The notes below the pieces were generated by a model, which made no database searches, was not told the origin of the DNA, and was given only the letters and a program-made list of their open reading frames with translations. A DNA stretch of 64,000 nucleotides from Lama glama (lineage: Eukaryota): contig CM052818.1 in the NCBI GenBank assembly GCA_028534125.1, positions 32,366,001 through 32,430,000 of the forward strand, given 5' to 3'. Positions 1-13,628 of this stretch are shown here, one piece after another. The stretch's first letter is position 1. The number at the start of each line of letters is the position of its first letter. The position numbers and the translations under genes were made by a program.

Positions 1-169
1 CGCGAAAATGCAAAACTCACTGCTATCCTGCTGATGGCCTACGAGAGTCCTTGTGGTTCTTCTTGAGTTTATATGGAGATTAACTTTGTCTGAGGAGCTG
101 GGATTTTGAAACAAGCCCTCAGTGGCTCTGCCATGTCAGCTGGCAGCCATAGTTTCATCCTAGCACCAT

Positions 170-740
170 CCTGGATGTCCCCTCTCTCTCAGCTTCACTT
201 TAGGCCATCAGCTTGTCCTGTCAAGGTCACTTCCAACATGAAACTCATATCACTCACCTCCCTCCGACTCCACTGTCACTAGGCTCAGGCAGGTTGCCTT
301 CATCACTTGCTGGGCCGCTTGCAATGACCTACAAACTGGGTTTCCCAGTTCTATCGCCCCTCTAGTCCATTTTTCCTAAATCACTTAGAATGATCTTTTT
401 AAAAGTGAATCAAGTTATCTTCAGTCTCTTGTCTAAACTCCTTAAACAAAATCTACATCCCTTCCCACAGCCTACAAGATCCTGCCTGATTGGGCCTCTG
501 CCTCTCTCCCTCCCCAGCCACTCTTCATGCCCCTCCTGACCCTCTGTGACCCTCCTGAGCCACACTGGTCTTTGCTCTGTTTCTAGATCATTAGCATCCT
601 TTCCCACCCCGGCAATGCAGTTCCTGCTCCTCCGCAGCCTTTTCACATGGCTGACTTCTCTTATTCTTCAGTATCAGCTCAAATATCGCCTCTCTGGAGA
701 GGCTCATGTGGCCACCTATCAAATTAGGTCACCTGTGTTA
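170..740 (+). mobile_element. LINE-2 fragment (3' region)
   Basis: L2-like motifs: agaatgatctttttaaaa, cctacaagatcctgcctgat, agccacactggtcttt, tcagctcaaatatcgcctctctggagagg. Confidence 0.7.
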
Positions 741-949
741 CCCTCTGTTCACCACTCTAACCCCAGGCTCTTAGTAGAAGCTTTAAACATAGTTGTTCAA
801 TAGTCCAAAGATTGAATGGGATTTGTCAGGGTGGTGGTGATGTGTTGTGTGTGGAATTTCTACAGTGTAACCTAAAGTAATTAGCAGTTTCCAGAATCCA
901 TAGACATTCTTCCTCACCCCATTCTTTTACTTAAACTTGGTGATCTATT

Positions 950-1410
950 TTCGCACTCCTTCAACATCCATTCATTAGCACTTGCTATGTACCAGGCACT
1001 CTCCAGGAAATAAAATAAGTAAAGCAGACCCCCTGCCTCAAAGAATTTAAAATTTAGTGGGAGAAGCCAGCAGTGCAGACATAATTGCCCGATGAGGGAG
1101 ATGAGTACACAGTTAAAGGTGTACAGTGATCTCCAGAGCACCCCAGAGGGAGGCACACATCTTTCGTCAAGAAAGAAGAACAAGCACTCGGGGAAAGAGA
1201 CATCTGAGTTGGGAGGAATTGCTCAGATGAAGAAGATGATTCTAGACAACGCAGTCGAGTTACACAAAGGCGTAGCTGTGACTGCAGTCAAGAAACTGCA
1301 AGTCATGGTCTTTAGCTAAAGATGCACAGGAACACAGGGATGCTGGGAAAGTGGGCAGTGCCAGGCGTGCAAATTTGGACATGCTATGGAAACTAGCAAA
1401 GGTTTAGGAT
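950..1410 (-). mobile_element. LINE-2 3' end fragment
   Basis: ttcaacatccattcattagcacttgctatgtaccaggcact...cctgcctcaaagaatttaaaatttagtgggaga, the reverse complement of an L2 3' end. Confidence 0.6.
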
Positions 1411-1734
1411 TAGGACCCAAAGGGAGCTGAGGTCAGAAGGCTAATTCTGGTGGTGGGGTGACTTCACAGACAAATAATCTTGATAATTCATCATTGCAAT
1501 TACCCTCACAGCTATTATTTGTGTTGTAAATTACTATTGGGTTTGTTCCTGCGACTGTTTTGCTGAAAGGTCTGGCCCTGTCGATTTTCACCTCTACTAC
1601 GAGATGTGAGGGCTCCCCTAAATTTGGCCTGTCCAACCCCGCCATTGACCGCTTCCCACCCACCCTCCACAGCCAATTCTCCCAAACTCCTTGGAATATT
1701 CTCTGAAGTTAGCTCAGAAGAACCCCACATATAG

Positions 1735-1890
1735 TTTTATGTAGAAAATGTCATTTGATCCTCACAAAAATCCTGTAAATTAGATAGCATCCCTGATTTA
1801 CAGAAGAGAAAAGCCTGTGAACTGTGTCAGAGTTCACATCGCCAGCAAGTAGAAGAGCAGACTGGAACCTAGGATTATTTACCCTGCACC
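1735..1890 (-). mobile_element. MIR SINE fragment
   Basis: tcatttgatcctcacaaaaatcctgt...tttacagaagagaaa...ctggaacctagg. Confidence 0.6.
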
Positions 1891-2096
1891 TTAGTGAGGG
1901 TCTCTCAACACAAACCGAACAGAGTGGTGCCTTGGGCCTGCTGGAGTAGTAAGAGGAATGGAATCGAGGCAGGAGGGGAACTCTGAGAATCCTGGACTAA
2001 GGAAGGGATAGTCACCAGGAGGGCAGTGGGTGGTGCTGGAAGGCTTGGGATTCTTCCAAGGGGAGAAGGAATTGAAGACCCATGAATTTCCCTCAC

Positions 2097-2272
2097 ACTA
2101 GAGATTCCCAGATTTCGGTGCAGCCAGTTGTCACCAAGGGAGCTTGTGGAGCATACTGGACCCAGAGTCCCACCCCCAGAGATTCTGATTCTGTAGGTCT
2201 TCAGGGGGCCCCGGAAGCAGCCTGACTCCCAAGCTCCCGTGTGGCTTCGATGTAGAGGGTCTGTGGACACAC
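2097..2272. mobile_element. MER5A-like hAT-Charlie DNA transposon
   Basis: Diagnostic core cccacccccagagattctgattctgtaggtct. Confidence 0.7.
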
Positions 2273-3701
2273 CATCAAGGCGACAGCCTAACCCTGTGGT
2301 TAATGTGAGTGGCTGGCTGTGGAGAGTCTGCAAACCAGGAAACTTAGGCCCAGAGGAGTGACTTGCTCATGGCCCCACAGGCCTAGTGGCAAGGCCAGGC
2401 CTCAACCAGTTCTCCTGACTCCCAACACACAGCGCTTTCTCACCCAGTCCGCTGGGCCCTCCGTAGCTAGGCTCTCTCCTCACTGAATTACATTTTGAGT
2501 AGGAATCCAAGATGCCAGTTGTTTAATGAGGTTGTCCACACTACAATTTATGAGGCCCAAAGCCCTCAGCAGGACTGGTCTCTGCCAGGCTTAATTTACA
2601 CAGTTCTCAGGCCTTCCAACACCCCCATTAACGTCAGCACAGCAGCGGCGGCGGCTGTTAGCCTGTGCGTGCTGTTTGACTGCGTCCTCATCGTGTCACC
2701 ATTCATCTTCATGTCTCTAGGCTTGTTTACCCTTGAGCACCTGATTCTCCTCGTCCCAGGAAACAGTAAGTTTCCACTGGCAAGTGGGAGCCTGGCCCAG
2801 CCTCTGGGCTCCAGCCCCACTCCTGACCTCCCCACGCTCTAGAAGCCAGCCCGCCCCACCTGTCATCTCCTCTTCTCTTTAATTTAAGAACAAGACCCCC
2901 TTCTCACTGATGCAGCACTCCATTTTTCCACCTTTACGAGTGTCATCAGTTAGGCAAGAGCAAGCATGTGGGAGGTGGCCTGAAAGCTGATACAAATGTG
3001 CCTTTTTTTAATGCCACATGAATCACCTTAATTAAAAATTAATTAAGTGCCCTAAAATTTGACATTCGTTTAAAAAAGAAATTTGAGTTAGGAGAGCTGT
3101 GTAGATTTTGTAGCATCAAATCTCTAAGACACGATTGAAGGAGAGGGTGTGGGTTTCTGTTTGGAATACACAATTAGGGAGACGGAATCATTCCCAGTGA
3201 GTGAACCCAGTAAGTCACCCATGGTGTCCAACAGCGGTTCATATAACCTGACTCAGGCCATACATGTCTTGGGTGCCAATCTGAACTGATTTCTACCACA
3301 TCCAGAGAGGAGATAAATGGACAAACAAATGTGGTATGCTGTTTCCAGAGAGATGTTCCAGGATGCAAATGACAGATGACTGAGGTGGGAAAAGCCAACA
3401 TTGAGGCAACCAAGGGAAGCTTGCCGGGTGAGTGACTTGGCAGCAGGTTCCAGGGGAGTCATTAAATGATCAGCATTAATAAAGATGGTACGAACTGTAG
3501 CAAATCAACCCTGCAAACAGATACCCAGCAACAACCACTGCTCAGAACTCCAGAATCAGGATGTCAAAGATGGAAGGGGTTTGGAGATTGGACTTGAGGC
3601 TACCCCCTCATTGTACCAGGGGGAAGTGGGAAACTATGGAGGTAAGAGGCTCACCAAAGACACATAGGTGCTCAGAAGCAGATCCTCCAGGCCTCCAAGG
3701 A

Positions 3702-3860
3702 AGTGGTTCTCAACCACATGCTTGTGAGAATCACCCGGGGAGCTTTTAAAACTACCAGTGCCGAGGGCCTGTCCTCCATACAGGTTTCATTGGTCCAGTT
3801 GGGGACTGAACATCAGCAATATTTCTAACTTCCCAGATGACTCCAGGGGCAGTCAGGGTG
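3702..3860. mobile_element. MER5-like DNA transposon
   Basis: agtggttctcaac...agaatcacccggggagcttttaaaa...ttcccagatgact. Confidence 0.65.
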
Positions 3861-5584
3861 TGCTCCGGCGGGCTAGCTAATCTAAGTCATGGGAGAGGAA
3901 CTCCACCTGGGAGTTTTCCTGTGGTTTACTAGCCGTGAGACCTCAGGCCAAGCACCTAGCAAGTAACTGGTTGCATTTTGTAGTGCCTTACTGTTTTTGA
4001 AAGCATTTCTCTCTACATTATTTAATCTCTTTAATTCTCAGCCTTAATGATTAATCAAATAAGAATAATAATAACTTCTGCCAATTTTTTATAAGGTTCA
4101 AACAGGGAAGGATTAAGAAAGCACATTGTGAACTGTTAAAATGCTATACAAAGATGAGGAATGATGACACTTTACTACCCCCAGTGACTTACATTATTAC
4201 TCTGGGAAGAACTGCCTTTTCAAAGGTAATAAATAAAGTTCTATAGAGAAGACACTTAAAAACAAAAGATCCCCAAGCACCAGCTCTCCCCAGAGTGGCT
4301 TGATTTTAGCTCTCCCGAATCCTTCTGTGGTTAGGGCATTTGGTGTGCCAGCGGTTTCCAGGAGTCATGGGCACTCATGACCAGAAGACATCAGGAAGTG
4401 CCAGCAGGAAGTGGCTCTTCATGTCCGAGCTCCTCCCCTTCCTCGCTGCAGTGGAGCAGGCTATGACCATCCAGGGCTCAGGCTACCCTACTCCACAAGC
4501 CAGAACAATCATTTCACAACCACAGAAAGGATGCTCTTTAGGAAACTCAGGCCCTTGATTAAAACCATGCACCAAGGGTGTTTTCCTCCCTGGAATTTAT
4601 GGGCCCCATAAAAAAAAAAAGAACTTGAGAAGACAGAGCGGTTGTTTTTTGTTGCGCCTCATTAGTTTTGAGTTTGGGCTGGCAGTAGAGATCAGAGTAC
4701 CAGGCATCTATCTAGCTGAATCTCTCGCAAGCATAAAGTTTCCCGTGGTGTGGAGGAGGCTGTGCCAGGAGCCTGGACGTCTCCAGCCGGGGAAAGGAGA
4801 TCGGGAGGAGTTGGTAGAAGGAGATGGTTTCTCTGGGCTGTGGCTGTGCAGCAGAGAGGTCTTGGGGATCAAGCTGGGGCATCCAGAGGGTGAAAGCAGC
4901 ACTCCCCTCCCACGACTGGACCCCTCCTTTGTCCAGATTTGTGAGTGAAGAGCAGGGGTACTGACCCCCTGCCCCTTCGTACCCTTTATCACTATTCCTG
5001 AGGACACCCATCACTGGCAGGGGGGAGGGGGTTTACCCCACAGACAGACACAGTACAAAGGATAGAGAACAAGATGTGAACATGTGGAATTTCCACCAGT
5101 CTCTCAGCAGCCCAGGTAACCACTCTGAACCTTTGTATTCTCAGCTATAACGATAGCTTCCACAGATACCCTCAGTGCAGTGCAGGTCCCAAACGCTGAG
5201 GTGGGGGATCGTAGACTCATGAAGATGAGGAGCCTTGACCCCTCCCTTCAAGTCCCTTATGGTTTGAGAAGGAAGGCAAGCATACAAACAGCTAGTTACA
5301 ACGTAACAGCTGAATGCCCACCATGTTAAATGCAAAAGGAAGAAGTAATGAGCTGTAGAAGCCCAAGTGAAAGGACAGTTTGTGGAGGGGGAAGGAATGG
5401 GAGAATCCATGAAAACGCCGCAGATGAGGGGGTGAGACCTGCATCCCCATGCTGAAAGGAGTTGGTGGTGGAAGGTGTTCCCTAACGAGCCGGCAACCTC
5501 AGCAGTGAGATAGCAGCCCGGAGGCTACGAAGGGCGACCCACACAGTACCTACCGACCCACGTGGAACAGGCTCTCCAAAGCAC

Positions 5585-6480
5585 AGGAGAAAAAGGAAAT
5601 CACCAAGGGAAATATGGATAGGTTTGGATTACGTGCAAATTTTAAACTCCGAGATATCAAGAAGCGTTGTAAACAGAATGGAAATACACATAAAATACTG
5701 GGGAAAATGTCAAGCATGTAGTAAATAGTTTCACATTCTTATTAGTAACCTCATACAATTCAGTGGGAGGACATGAAGAACCTAATGGACGCACTGGCAA
5801 AAGGAAGTAGGCAGTTCCCTAAAAGTCAGAGTGAAATCAAGCTAGAAGCACACGGGAAAAATATACACCCTTGCAACTATCAAAGAAACACAAATAAAAC
5901 AGCAGGGAGACACTGCTAGTTAAAAATCATAAGAATATTCAGGGTTGGCCAGGACGTAGTGAGAGGAGTGTGCACGTATGACCACAGCTAGTGAGAGTGT
6001 AAATTGGATTAACTTCTGGAAGGCAATTTGGCAATATGTATCGAGGGCCTTCAAAGTGTTTATGCCCTTTGATTCAGTAATCCCACTTTTGGGAATCGAT
6101 CCTATGAAAATAGTCTGAAAGGCGGGCAAAGGTTTATGCTCAAAGATAGTCTTCAAAGTGTTATTATAAACAGTCTAACAATCCGATCATTGAATGATGT
6201 TGAAATAAATGATGGTACCTATCACGCAGTGTTGTAGACATTGAAAGGTATTCTTATGGGGAATTTCTAAACCCTTGGAAAAGCTTGTGATATAACCTTA
6301 ATTGATTTAAGCTATAATATACACATGTAACACAACTATACACACGTTTGAAGCATAGACCAAAATAACTAAAGAGAAATCTACTGAGATGTTAAAAACA
6401 ATGGCCTCTGGGTGGTAGGATTCTGGGCATTGTTTTGTTTATTTTTATCCTGGTTTTGAACTCTAGACAATAGGCATATG
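5585..6480 (+). mobile_element. Ancient L1 (L1ME-like) ORF2 3' end/3' UTR, heavily decayed
   Basis: gagagtgtaaattggattaacttctggaaggcaatttggcaatatgtatc...ccctttgattcagtaatcccacttttgggaat, a typical old-L1 stretch. Confidence 0.75.
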
Positions 6481-6882
6481 TTTTTCAAATGAATGAAAGT
6501 AAAAGAAGCTATGAAAGTAAAAGCTGTTTGGGGAATGACAAGTAATTGGCGTGTGAAACATGCACGTGTTCATGAAAACCCACGATGAGAAACAAGGCCA
6601 AATCATAAGGTGTGAGTAAAACAGAACACAGCTTGCATTTGTTCCATAGGCGGAGCGGACTTTACAGGTGTTTTATTTTGTGCGTGTTTTCTTCAGTAGG
6701 GCTGGGAACGAGGGCAATAAGATCCTAACTGTATTTCATGATCATATATAAGGCAGAAGAAAAAATGCTTTGGAAACCGGAAATCAAGCAAATGTGAAAG
6801 AGAATTTTTCTTACTATCCTAAACACCTCTAACCTCTTCCTCACATTACAAAGGAAGTAGGCAGTTCCCTAAAAGTCAGAGT

Positions 6883-7103
6883 CAGCATGACTCTCGCTGC
6901 TGTCATCACATCTGCGTCTCACTCTGACTTTCTTGCTGTCCTTTTGGGGGAACCCTTCTGATTACATTGGGCCCACCAAGATAATCAGGATAACCTCCCA
7001 TCTAAAGATCCTTAACTTAATCACCCCAGCAAAGTCTCTTACACCACAGGTTTGGGGGATTAGGATATGGGTCTTGGAGGGGTCCATTATTCAACCAGCC
7101 ATA
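6883..7103 (-). mobile_element. MLT1 (C/D-like) MaLR LTR, only the 5' part retained
   Basis: gattacattgggcccaccaagataatcaggataacctcccatctaaagatccttaacttaatcac...ccattattcaaccagccata is the reverse complement of the MLT1 LTR start. Confidence 0.8.
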
Positions 7104-7564
7104 GACAGGTCACCTACTGCACAGGCTTTTCGTGAACCCTCCTGGGGACCAGGTACTAAGTAGTGCTGGGAACACCAGGAGGCTCAAGCAACTTGGTGAA
7201 GAAGATGGGAACATACACACATGTTCTAGCACCAGGTTGCATAGAACCAATGCCAGATGGGTCTGGAGCACAGAGTTCATGGGGAGAAACAGAGAGTGGT
7301 GAGACCGGAAAGGAAATTTGGGCCCAGATCACGAGGACCTTTCAGAGCAGGTGAAAGAGTTTCGACATGATTGTCTGAAGGAAGCAGGCCCTGTGATTCC
7401 CATGCCCAGGAGTCACCGAGAACGCCCAGCCAGGCGGGAGGCCGATCCTGCAACGCTGGGTGGCCATCTGCCGTCAGCTGACAAGTTGAGCCTTGTCTGG
7501 ACAATCCTGGGACGAGGGCCCAAGGCCACCTCTAGCACTCCCCTTTAATGAGATGGAGAGGGAC

Positions 7565-7700
7565 GCTTTACAGTCTGACAGTCTTGGTCTGAATCCCATT
7601 TATCAGCTATGTGACCTTAGGCAAGACACTTAGCCTCTCTGACTCCATTTCCCCACTTAGGAAATGGGCATCGTTAAGACTTGCCTAGCTTCTTTACAGA
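7565..7700 (+). mobile_element. MIR SINE fragment
   Basis: tgaatccc...agctatgtgaccttaggcaagacacttagcctctctga. Confidence 0.65.
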
Positions 7701-8959
7701 GCCGGATGTGCTGAGGTGCACAGAAGGATTCTAGAAGTAAACAGGCTGGACTTGATGTTAGTTTCAGTGCTGTTTGGAACCAGAAAATAATGAAATTTTA
7801 GATGTTAAAGATCATCTAACCTGGAGAGACTCACATCACAATCAGCTGGGAGGTTTTATTAAAATAAAACTTAATAAAGGGGAATCTAATTTTACAGCCA
7901 GAGTTGGAGAATCCCACCCCCTATGTGAGGCCCAGAGAAGCTGTGGGACTCGGCCAAGTAAGGGTCCTGGTTAATCCTCTCTACCACCCAGCTGAGCTTT
8001 GAGGTGGGTAGGATGGGGGTGGAGAGACTGTTGAGGCACCAGCTACAATGAGGACAGAGCTAGGAAAGAGGACAAAGTACAAGGCAAGTAGACTTGGGTG
8101 TCAACCCAAGTGGGCCCTGCCTGCTCATCTCCACAGGGACCAGAGGCCCCCCACCATCCCACACCAAGGTTGGGTGGCAGCAGGCACAGTCAGAAATAGC
8201 AACCAGGCCCTTGCTAGGTAGACCCCAGGCAAGTCACCCATTCACTGGCAGGCTAGGCCAGGCCAGCTGAAGCCTGGCTCTCTGAGGTCACAGGTTGATT
8301 AATTATCATAACTCATTGCTCTTGATACGAAAAGAAATATCTGCTAGCATGTTTGTTTTAAACTGTCACCTCTCCCTTTCTCCACTGGATTATTTCAGAA
8401 CTGGACAAGACCTTGGAAATACCATCAAAACCCCTCCTTTTATATATGGGGAGACAGGAGCCAGAAGGAGAAGGGACAGGGTCAGCGTCACACAGACAGT
8501 CGTGGAGGAACCGGTCCAGGGCCCAGGGCCTGGCTCTCATGGTGTTCTTTCAGCCCACAACAGAAAGTGTTGTGTGTTTTAGTTACTCCATTGGTGAGAT
8601 CTGGGGTCAAGAACGTGGGGACAACATGCTGGGCCAGATATGCCTGTTGGTACCCCAAATTTGACATTAAGGGGAGAGCTGTCTGTGTGCAGATGAGACC
8701 CCACCTGTATGCTGCTCACCTGGCACACTAAAGCTACGGTTGGGACCCCAAAGTGGCTCAAACCTCAGACCACTCTACTACCCCCATCGTGGCCAGTGGG
8801 CTGGAGGGTTAGGGCTTTGACTTCCTCTCAGCCTCCTGGTGTTGACCCTGTTTGGGGCCAGATTAAAATCACTGGTGATGTCTCAAACCTTGGAATGTGA
8901 ATGGCGGGGGATGGGGAGATCCTTTCCTTGCAGCCTTCCCACTGGGACACCCAAGCTGA

Positions 8960-9127
<168 letters not shown>

Positions 9128-9750
9128 TAGATGGGGCTGCCCCGCCCCTGCATGCTCATATGCCCCTCCTGTCCCCCACAGCCCACCCAAGGCACATGAG
9201 CTTGAATAACCCCCATAAGTCCAGTGCCACTTGTGTCCTCTCAGTGGCAACTTTTAAAAGCTACATAGTCTTCAAAAGACAGAGCTAAGACCTGCAGTCT
9301 AGAAACAACGTATAAATTAAGAACCAAGCAAGATCATGTAAGTCATGCTCTCAGTGTCCTCATGCATAGAGAGAACATGCAGGCTAAAGCCCAACTCTCA
9401 CATGACATGAGAACGCCCCAACTCTACGCCCGGACCACTCTCACTTTTTAGGCCTTTCTTTCATCCGCGACCTGCCTCTTTCTCTTTCATCCGCCCCTCC
9501 TTCTATGTGCCCTAGCTCCAGCCATCTCAAACCACTTCTCAGCTCCCTCCCACCTCTCTGGCTTTGATCAGCTTATCCTTTGCCCAGAATACCCTTTTCC
9601 TCCTTGAGTCATACCTGCTCCTTTAAAACTCAGCTCAAGAGTCAATTCTTCTGGGAAGCCTCTTCTGACCATTTCCCACAAGTACACTTGGTTCTTCTTC
9701 CTCTGGACCCCTTCAAATGGTGCATCTATTCCATCTGCCATGACATTCAT

Positions 9751-10492
9751 TATTTTTAACAGCTTTTTAGAGATATAATGTATACACCATGCAATTCACT
9801 CATTTAAAGTGTATGATTTAGTGTATTTAGTAGAGTCACAGGGTTGTGCAACTGTCACCATGATCTAATTTTAGAACATTTTTATCACTCCAGATAGAAA
9901 CACCTAGCAGTCTCCAACCGCTCCTCTCCACCTCCCCCTCACCACTACTAGCCCCAAGTAACCACTAGTCTACTTCCTGTTTCTATAGATGTGCTTATTC
10001 TGGGCACTTCATATAAATGGAATCATATACTATGTGGTCTTTTGTGATTAGCTTCTTTCACTTAGCATAATGTTTTCAGGGTCCATCCATGTTGTAGCAT
10101 ATATCAGTACTGCATTCCTTTTTATTGCCAAATAATATTTTACTGCATGGAGATACCACATTTTGCTTATCCATTCATTAATTGCTGGGCATTTGAGTTG
10201 ATTCCACTTTTTGTCTATTATGAAGAATGCTGCTGTAGCCATTCATGTACAAGTTTTTGTGTGGACAGATATTTTCATTTCTCTTGGAAATGAAATTTGC
10301 TACCTAGGAGTAGAATTGCTGGTTCGTATGGTAACTTTATATTTAACATTGTGAGGGACATTCAATCTGTTTTCCAAAATGGCTACACCATCTTCTATTC
10401 CCACCAGTAATGTGTAAGGGTTCCAGTTCTCCACATCCTCCTCAGCACTTACTATTACCTGTCTTTTTATGTTAGCAGTCCTAGTGGGCATG
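9751..10492 (-). mobile_element. L1MB-like 3' end, inserted into an L2
   Basis: Starts ttttaacagctttttagagatataat...catttaaagtgta. ORF 10048..10242 is an ORF2 C-terminal remnant (KWNQLKCP...WISKMWY...YYLAIKRN...ENIMLSE). L2 sequence lies on both sides (about 9470-9750 and 10500-10645). Confidence 0.85.
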
Positions 10493-11489
10493 CATCCATT
10501 GCCTCTCATGGAGGTGGCCTCCCTGTCTCTCTCCCTCACTGCGGGCAGGTTGGGTCTGGTATTCTTCCCCACACCAAGATCTTGGATGATTCCTGGTGCA
10601 GCATAGGTGCTCACCGACTTTTTGTTGATTAATATGGATAAATGATTCGGGAGACCTGGGCTCCCTAGAGGAAAGCATTGCTGAGGTCTCTCTAGTAGCT
10701 AGGGGCAGAGTTAGGCTCCCAGCTCAGTGCTCACACCACTTGAAGACAGTGTCCTCAGCAACTGCCTAGCTAGGAGTAAACACTCCAGAGGTTTTTACAT
10801 CTTTCCCAAACACTTACAGAACACATGTCATGTGAGCTAGAAAGTGCACTAGATCCTGGAGCAGAGATGAGTAACACAGCACCTGTCCTCGAAGTGCTGA
10901 AAATCCAACACAGGAGTGGGAGGGAAACAATGCAGTCGCAGCTGCGAAAGGATGCAGCAGCCTGGGATGCTGTGCGGCCCAGACACTGGAGCAAATGCCC
11001 CTCCCCTCACATACGCTGGCCCCAAGACGCTGTGACCTGCCAAATTGCTTTAAAAAGTTAACAGTGTCCTCCAGGCCATTTGGAGGACAGATTTTTCCCT
11101 TGAGGGGAGAAAGGTTTTACATATTTCCTTTTAAATGAAGCAATAAAGAAATCCATTTTTCAATTAGAAAAACTTCCTTTTTGTACAAAACTTTGCAGTG
11201 AAGTGTTCCAAATGATGGAATTGTGGTGGTTTAGATAAAACTCAGTAAAGATTTGCAGGTAAGCCCTTTGCTTATTGAATGCTCCTGGCTTTCTCACGGA
11301 GCTCTCACTGTACACATGGGCCATGAAGAAGTCAGGCCTGCCCATGTGCCCCAGGCAGAAGCCTGTGTGTGTCTCTGTAGTTATTTGTCTCTGCAGTATT
11401 TCCAGCTGTGCCTCTGAGCTGTGTAATTTTGCTTCACCCTTTTTAAAGTTTTTGATACCCACTTCCTAGCTGGGACACAGGTCAGGCAG

Positions 11490-11620
11490 TCTATGCCCTG
11501 ATTTACAATTGGGAAAATGAAAGCACAGAGAAGGTAATTGATTTGTTCAGGGTCACACAGCATGTCAGGAAGACAGCCATGATTAGACTTTGAGCCATGT
11601 GGGATCCAGCCCATCACTGT
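11490..11620 (-). mobile_element. MIR fragment
   Basis: tttacaattgggaaaatgaaagcacagagaaggtaattgatttgttcagggtcacacagc. Confidence 0.65.
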
Positions 11621-12019
11621 GGGCTCAGGGCACTTTCCCACCATTTTGGGGCTTGTCATTAATGGATTTTCAAGGCCAACTCCAAGCTTGAAGGCAGCCT
11701 GATTCCCATAAGGAGGGCAGGCACCTGGGGCCCAGAAGCCTTTTCAGCCATTCTTTAAAGCTGATCTGACCAGTTCTCATAATGACAGCTCCACCCTGGA
11801 GAACGCCTGCACTGAACTCTTTGCTACAGAAATCAGTTGATAGAAATTCAATTAAAAGGAGGGTTATTCCGATCTTTTTGCCACTCTGATCTTGACAGTA
11901 CTTTCAGCAAATAATCATTTTCCTTTTTTGTGTGCCCCTTTCTCTCTGGCATTTTTGCTGTTTTCACTACCACACTGGCTGCTGTTGATTTTGGAAACCA
12001 TCCCCATGAAGATAACAGC

Positions 12020-12245
12020 AGTAGTAGTAGTAACAGCTAACATTTATTGGGCATTTTCTAGATGCCAGGAGCTGCTCTAAATGCTCTTCATGTATTAGCT
12101 TGTTGTACCCTGACAGCAATCCTGTGTGATGCTTTTCTACCCGTCGTGCAGACGAGGAACCTGGAGTCCATGATCAGACTGTGAGCCGTGGCCTGAGCAG
12201 TGATTCACACCCAGTATGACTCCAGAGCCCACACTCTGAACCACT
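12020..12245 (-). mobile_element. MIR SINE
   Basis: aacagctaacatttattgggca...tgccagg...cagacgaggaac...tgactccagagccc. Confidence 0.65.
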
Positions 12246-13628
12246 GCAAGCCAAACTCATTTGTTTTATGAGTTTCCAGAAGTTTCCAGCACAGCTTAGC
12301 TAATGTACCACCCCCAGGATGAAGGGTCCAGGAAAAGGCAGAGAAGGTCCAAGGCTCTGCCACCGTCTTTCTAGGGGAACTCAGATCATTCATGCCCACC
12401 ATCTAGGCCTCACTCTCTTCACCTGTAGTATGAGTTGGAATGTGATGCCTGCTGCTGTGTTGATGTCTGTGATGCATTAAGGACAATGCTCTTGACCTCA
12501 TCTGGTCCTTCCCAGGTGGTCTGGAACCTCTTAGAACATTTTCTCTGAGCAGTGGTCACTTTAAGCCTGTGGGGATGTCCTGGTCTTCCAAGGAATCCCC
12601 ATGAGGGTCACTAACCTTGAGCCAGGGTATTCAACCAAGTCCTGCGATGGTTGAAATTTAGATGGAAAAGTAGGTTATATCCTGCCAACTCCCAGGCTCA
12701 ACTCTCCACACTTTCCCCAGAAGGAATTCCACATATACACACTAGAGCTTCATTCAGATGATCTCACTCAATCTTGAGGAGCATTTCTGGATGAGGAGGG
12801 AACTTGGGACAGAGGTGGCGCTGCCCTTGTCCCTCTGCATCCAGTCATGCATGTGTCCGTTCACACCCTGTCCTCCAAACCCGCACACCACCAACAACCC
12901 ACCTTCCCTCTTTCTAATTAAATGTGCCGATCCACGTTTACATCCCAGGATGCTGAAACCCATTGAAAGGTGTCTTCAGGGTTCCCTGAGTATCCTGAGC
13001 AATGGCCTTGATGACATGCAGTGCCCTGGGAAAGGGTCAGGTGGCCCCACTTCATCCCTTGGATGGGTCACTGACTCGCCAGGTACTGCAGGCAGCTCGC
13101 TTCCCCTCCACGTACTCAAAAATCTTGTCTATTGGGTGGGGATACTCTCCCTGTCAGGCAAAAACATTTTTTTTAAGTTTATTTCTTTATTGTAAAATAA
13201 AACATGTTGGTTGTAAAATATTTGGAAAATCAAAAAAAGTACACGGGAGAAAATAACTATTGCCCATAATCCTTCCTCTCAGACATTCAGAGATAACCGT
13301 AATATTTTGATGTATTTCTTCTAGCATTTTTCCCATGACTCTATATTTTCAAGGAAATGTATAACACATATTTATCAAAAATGCTAACAGAGTTGTCACA
13401 CAGGAAGGAAAAGAAGCAGTGTCATTTGGCCTGGAGTTTATACTTGGCAGTTTCTGCAGCTGCTGCTGAGGTCACATCTCCATGACTCGACCAATTTGTC
13501 TCTCTTAGAGTGGAATCAGGTGTCATAATTGCCAAAATGTTGTGGGATTGATTGACCCACACACAGCCGATTTGGCCATCCAGCCAATGAAATAACTGGC
13601 TGCAGCCCAAGAAGAGGGTGGGTTAGAG

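Noticed and set aside
6493..6523. Short direct repeat atgaaagtaaaag x2
   Set aside because: Simple local slippage near the old L1 end, with no further structure.
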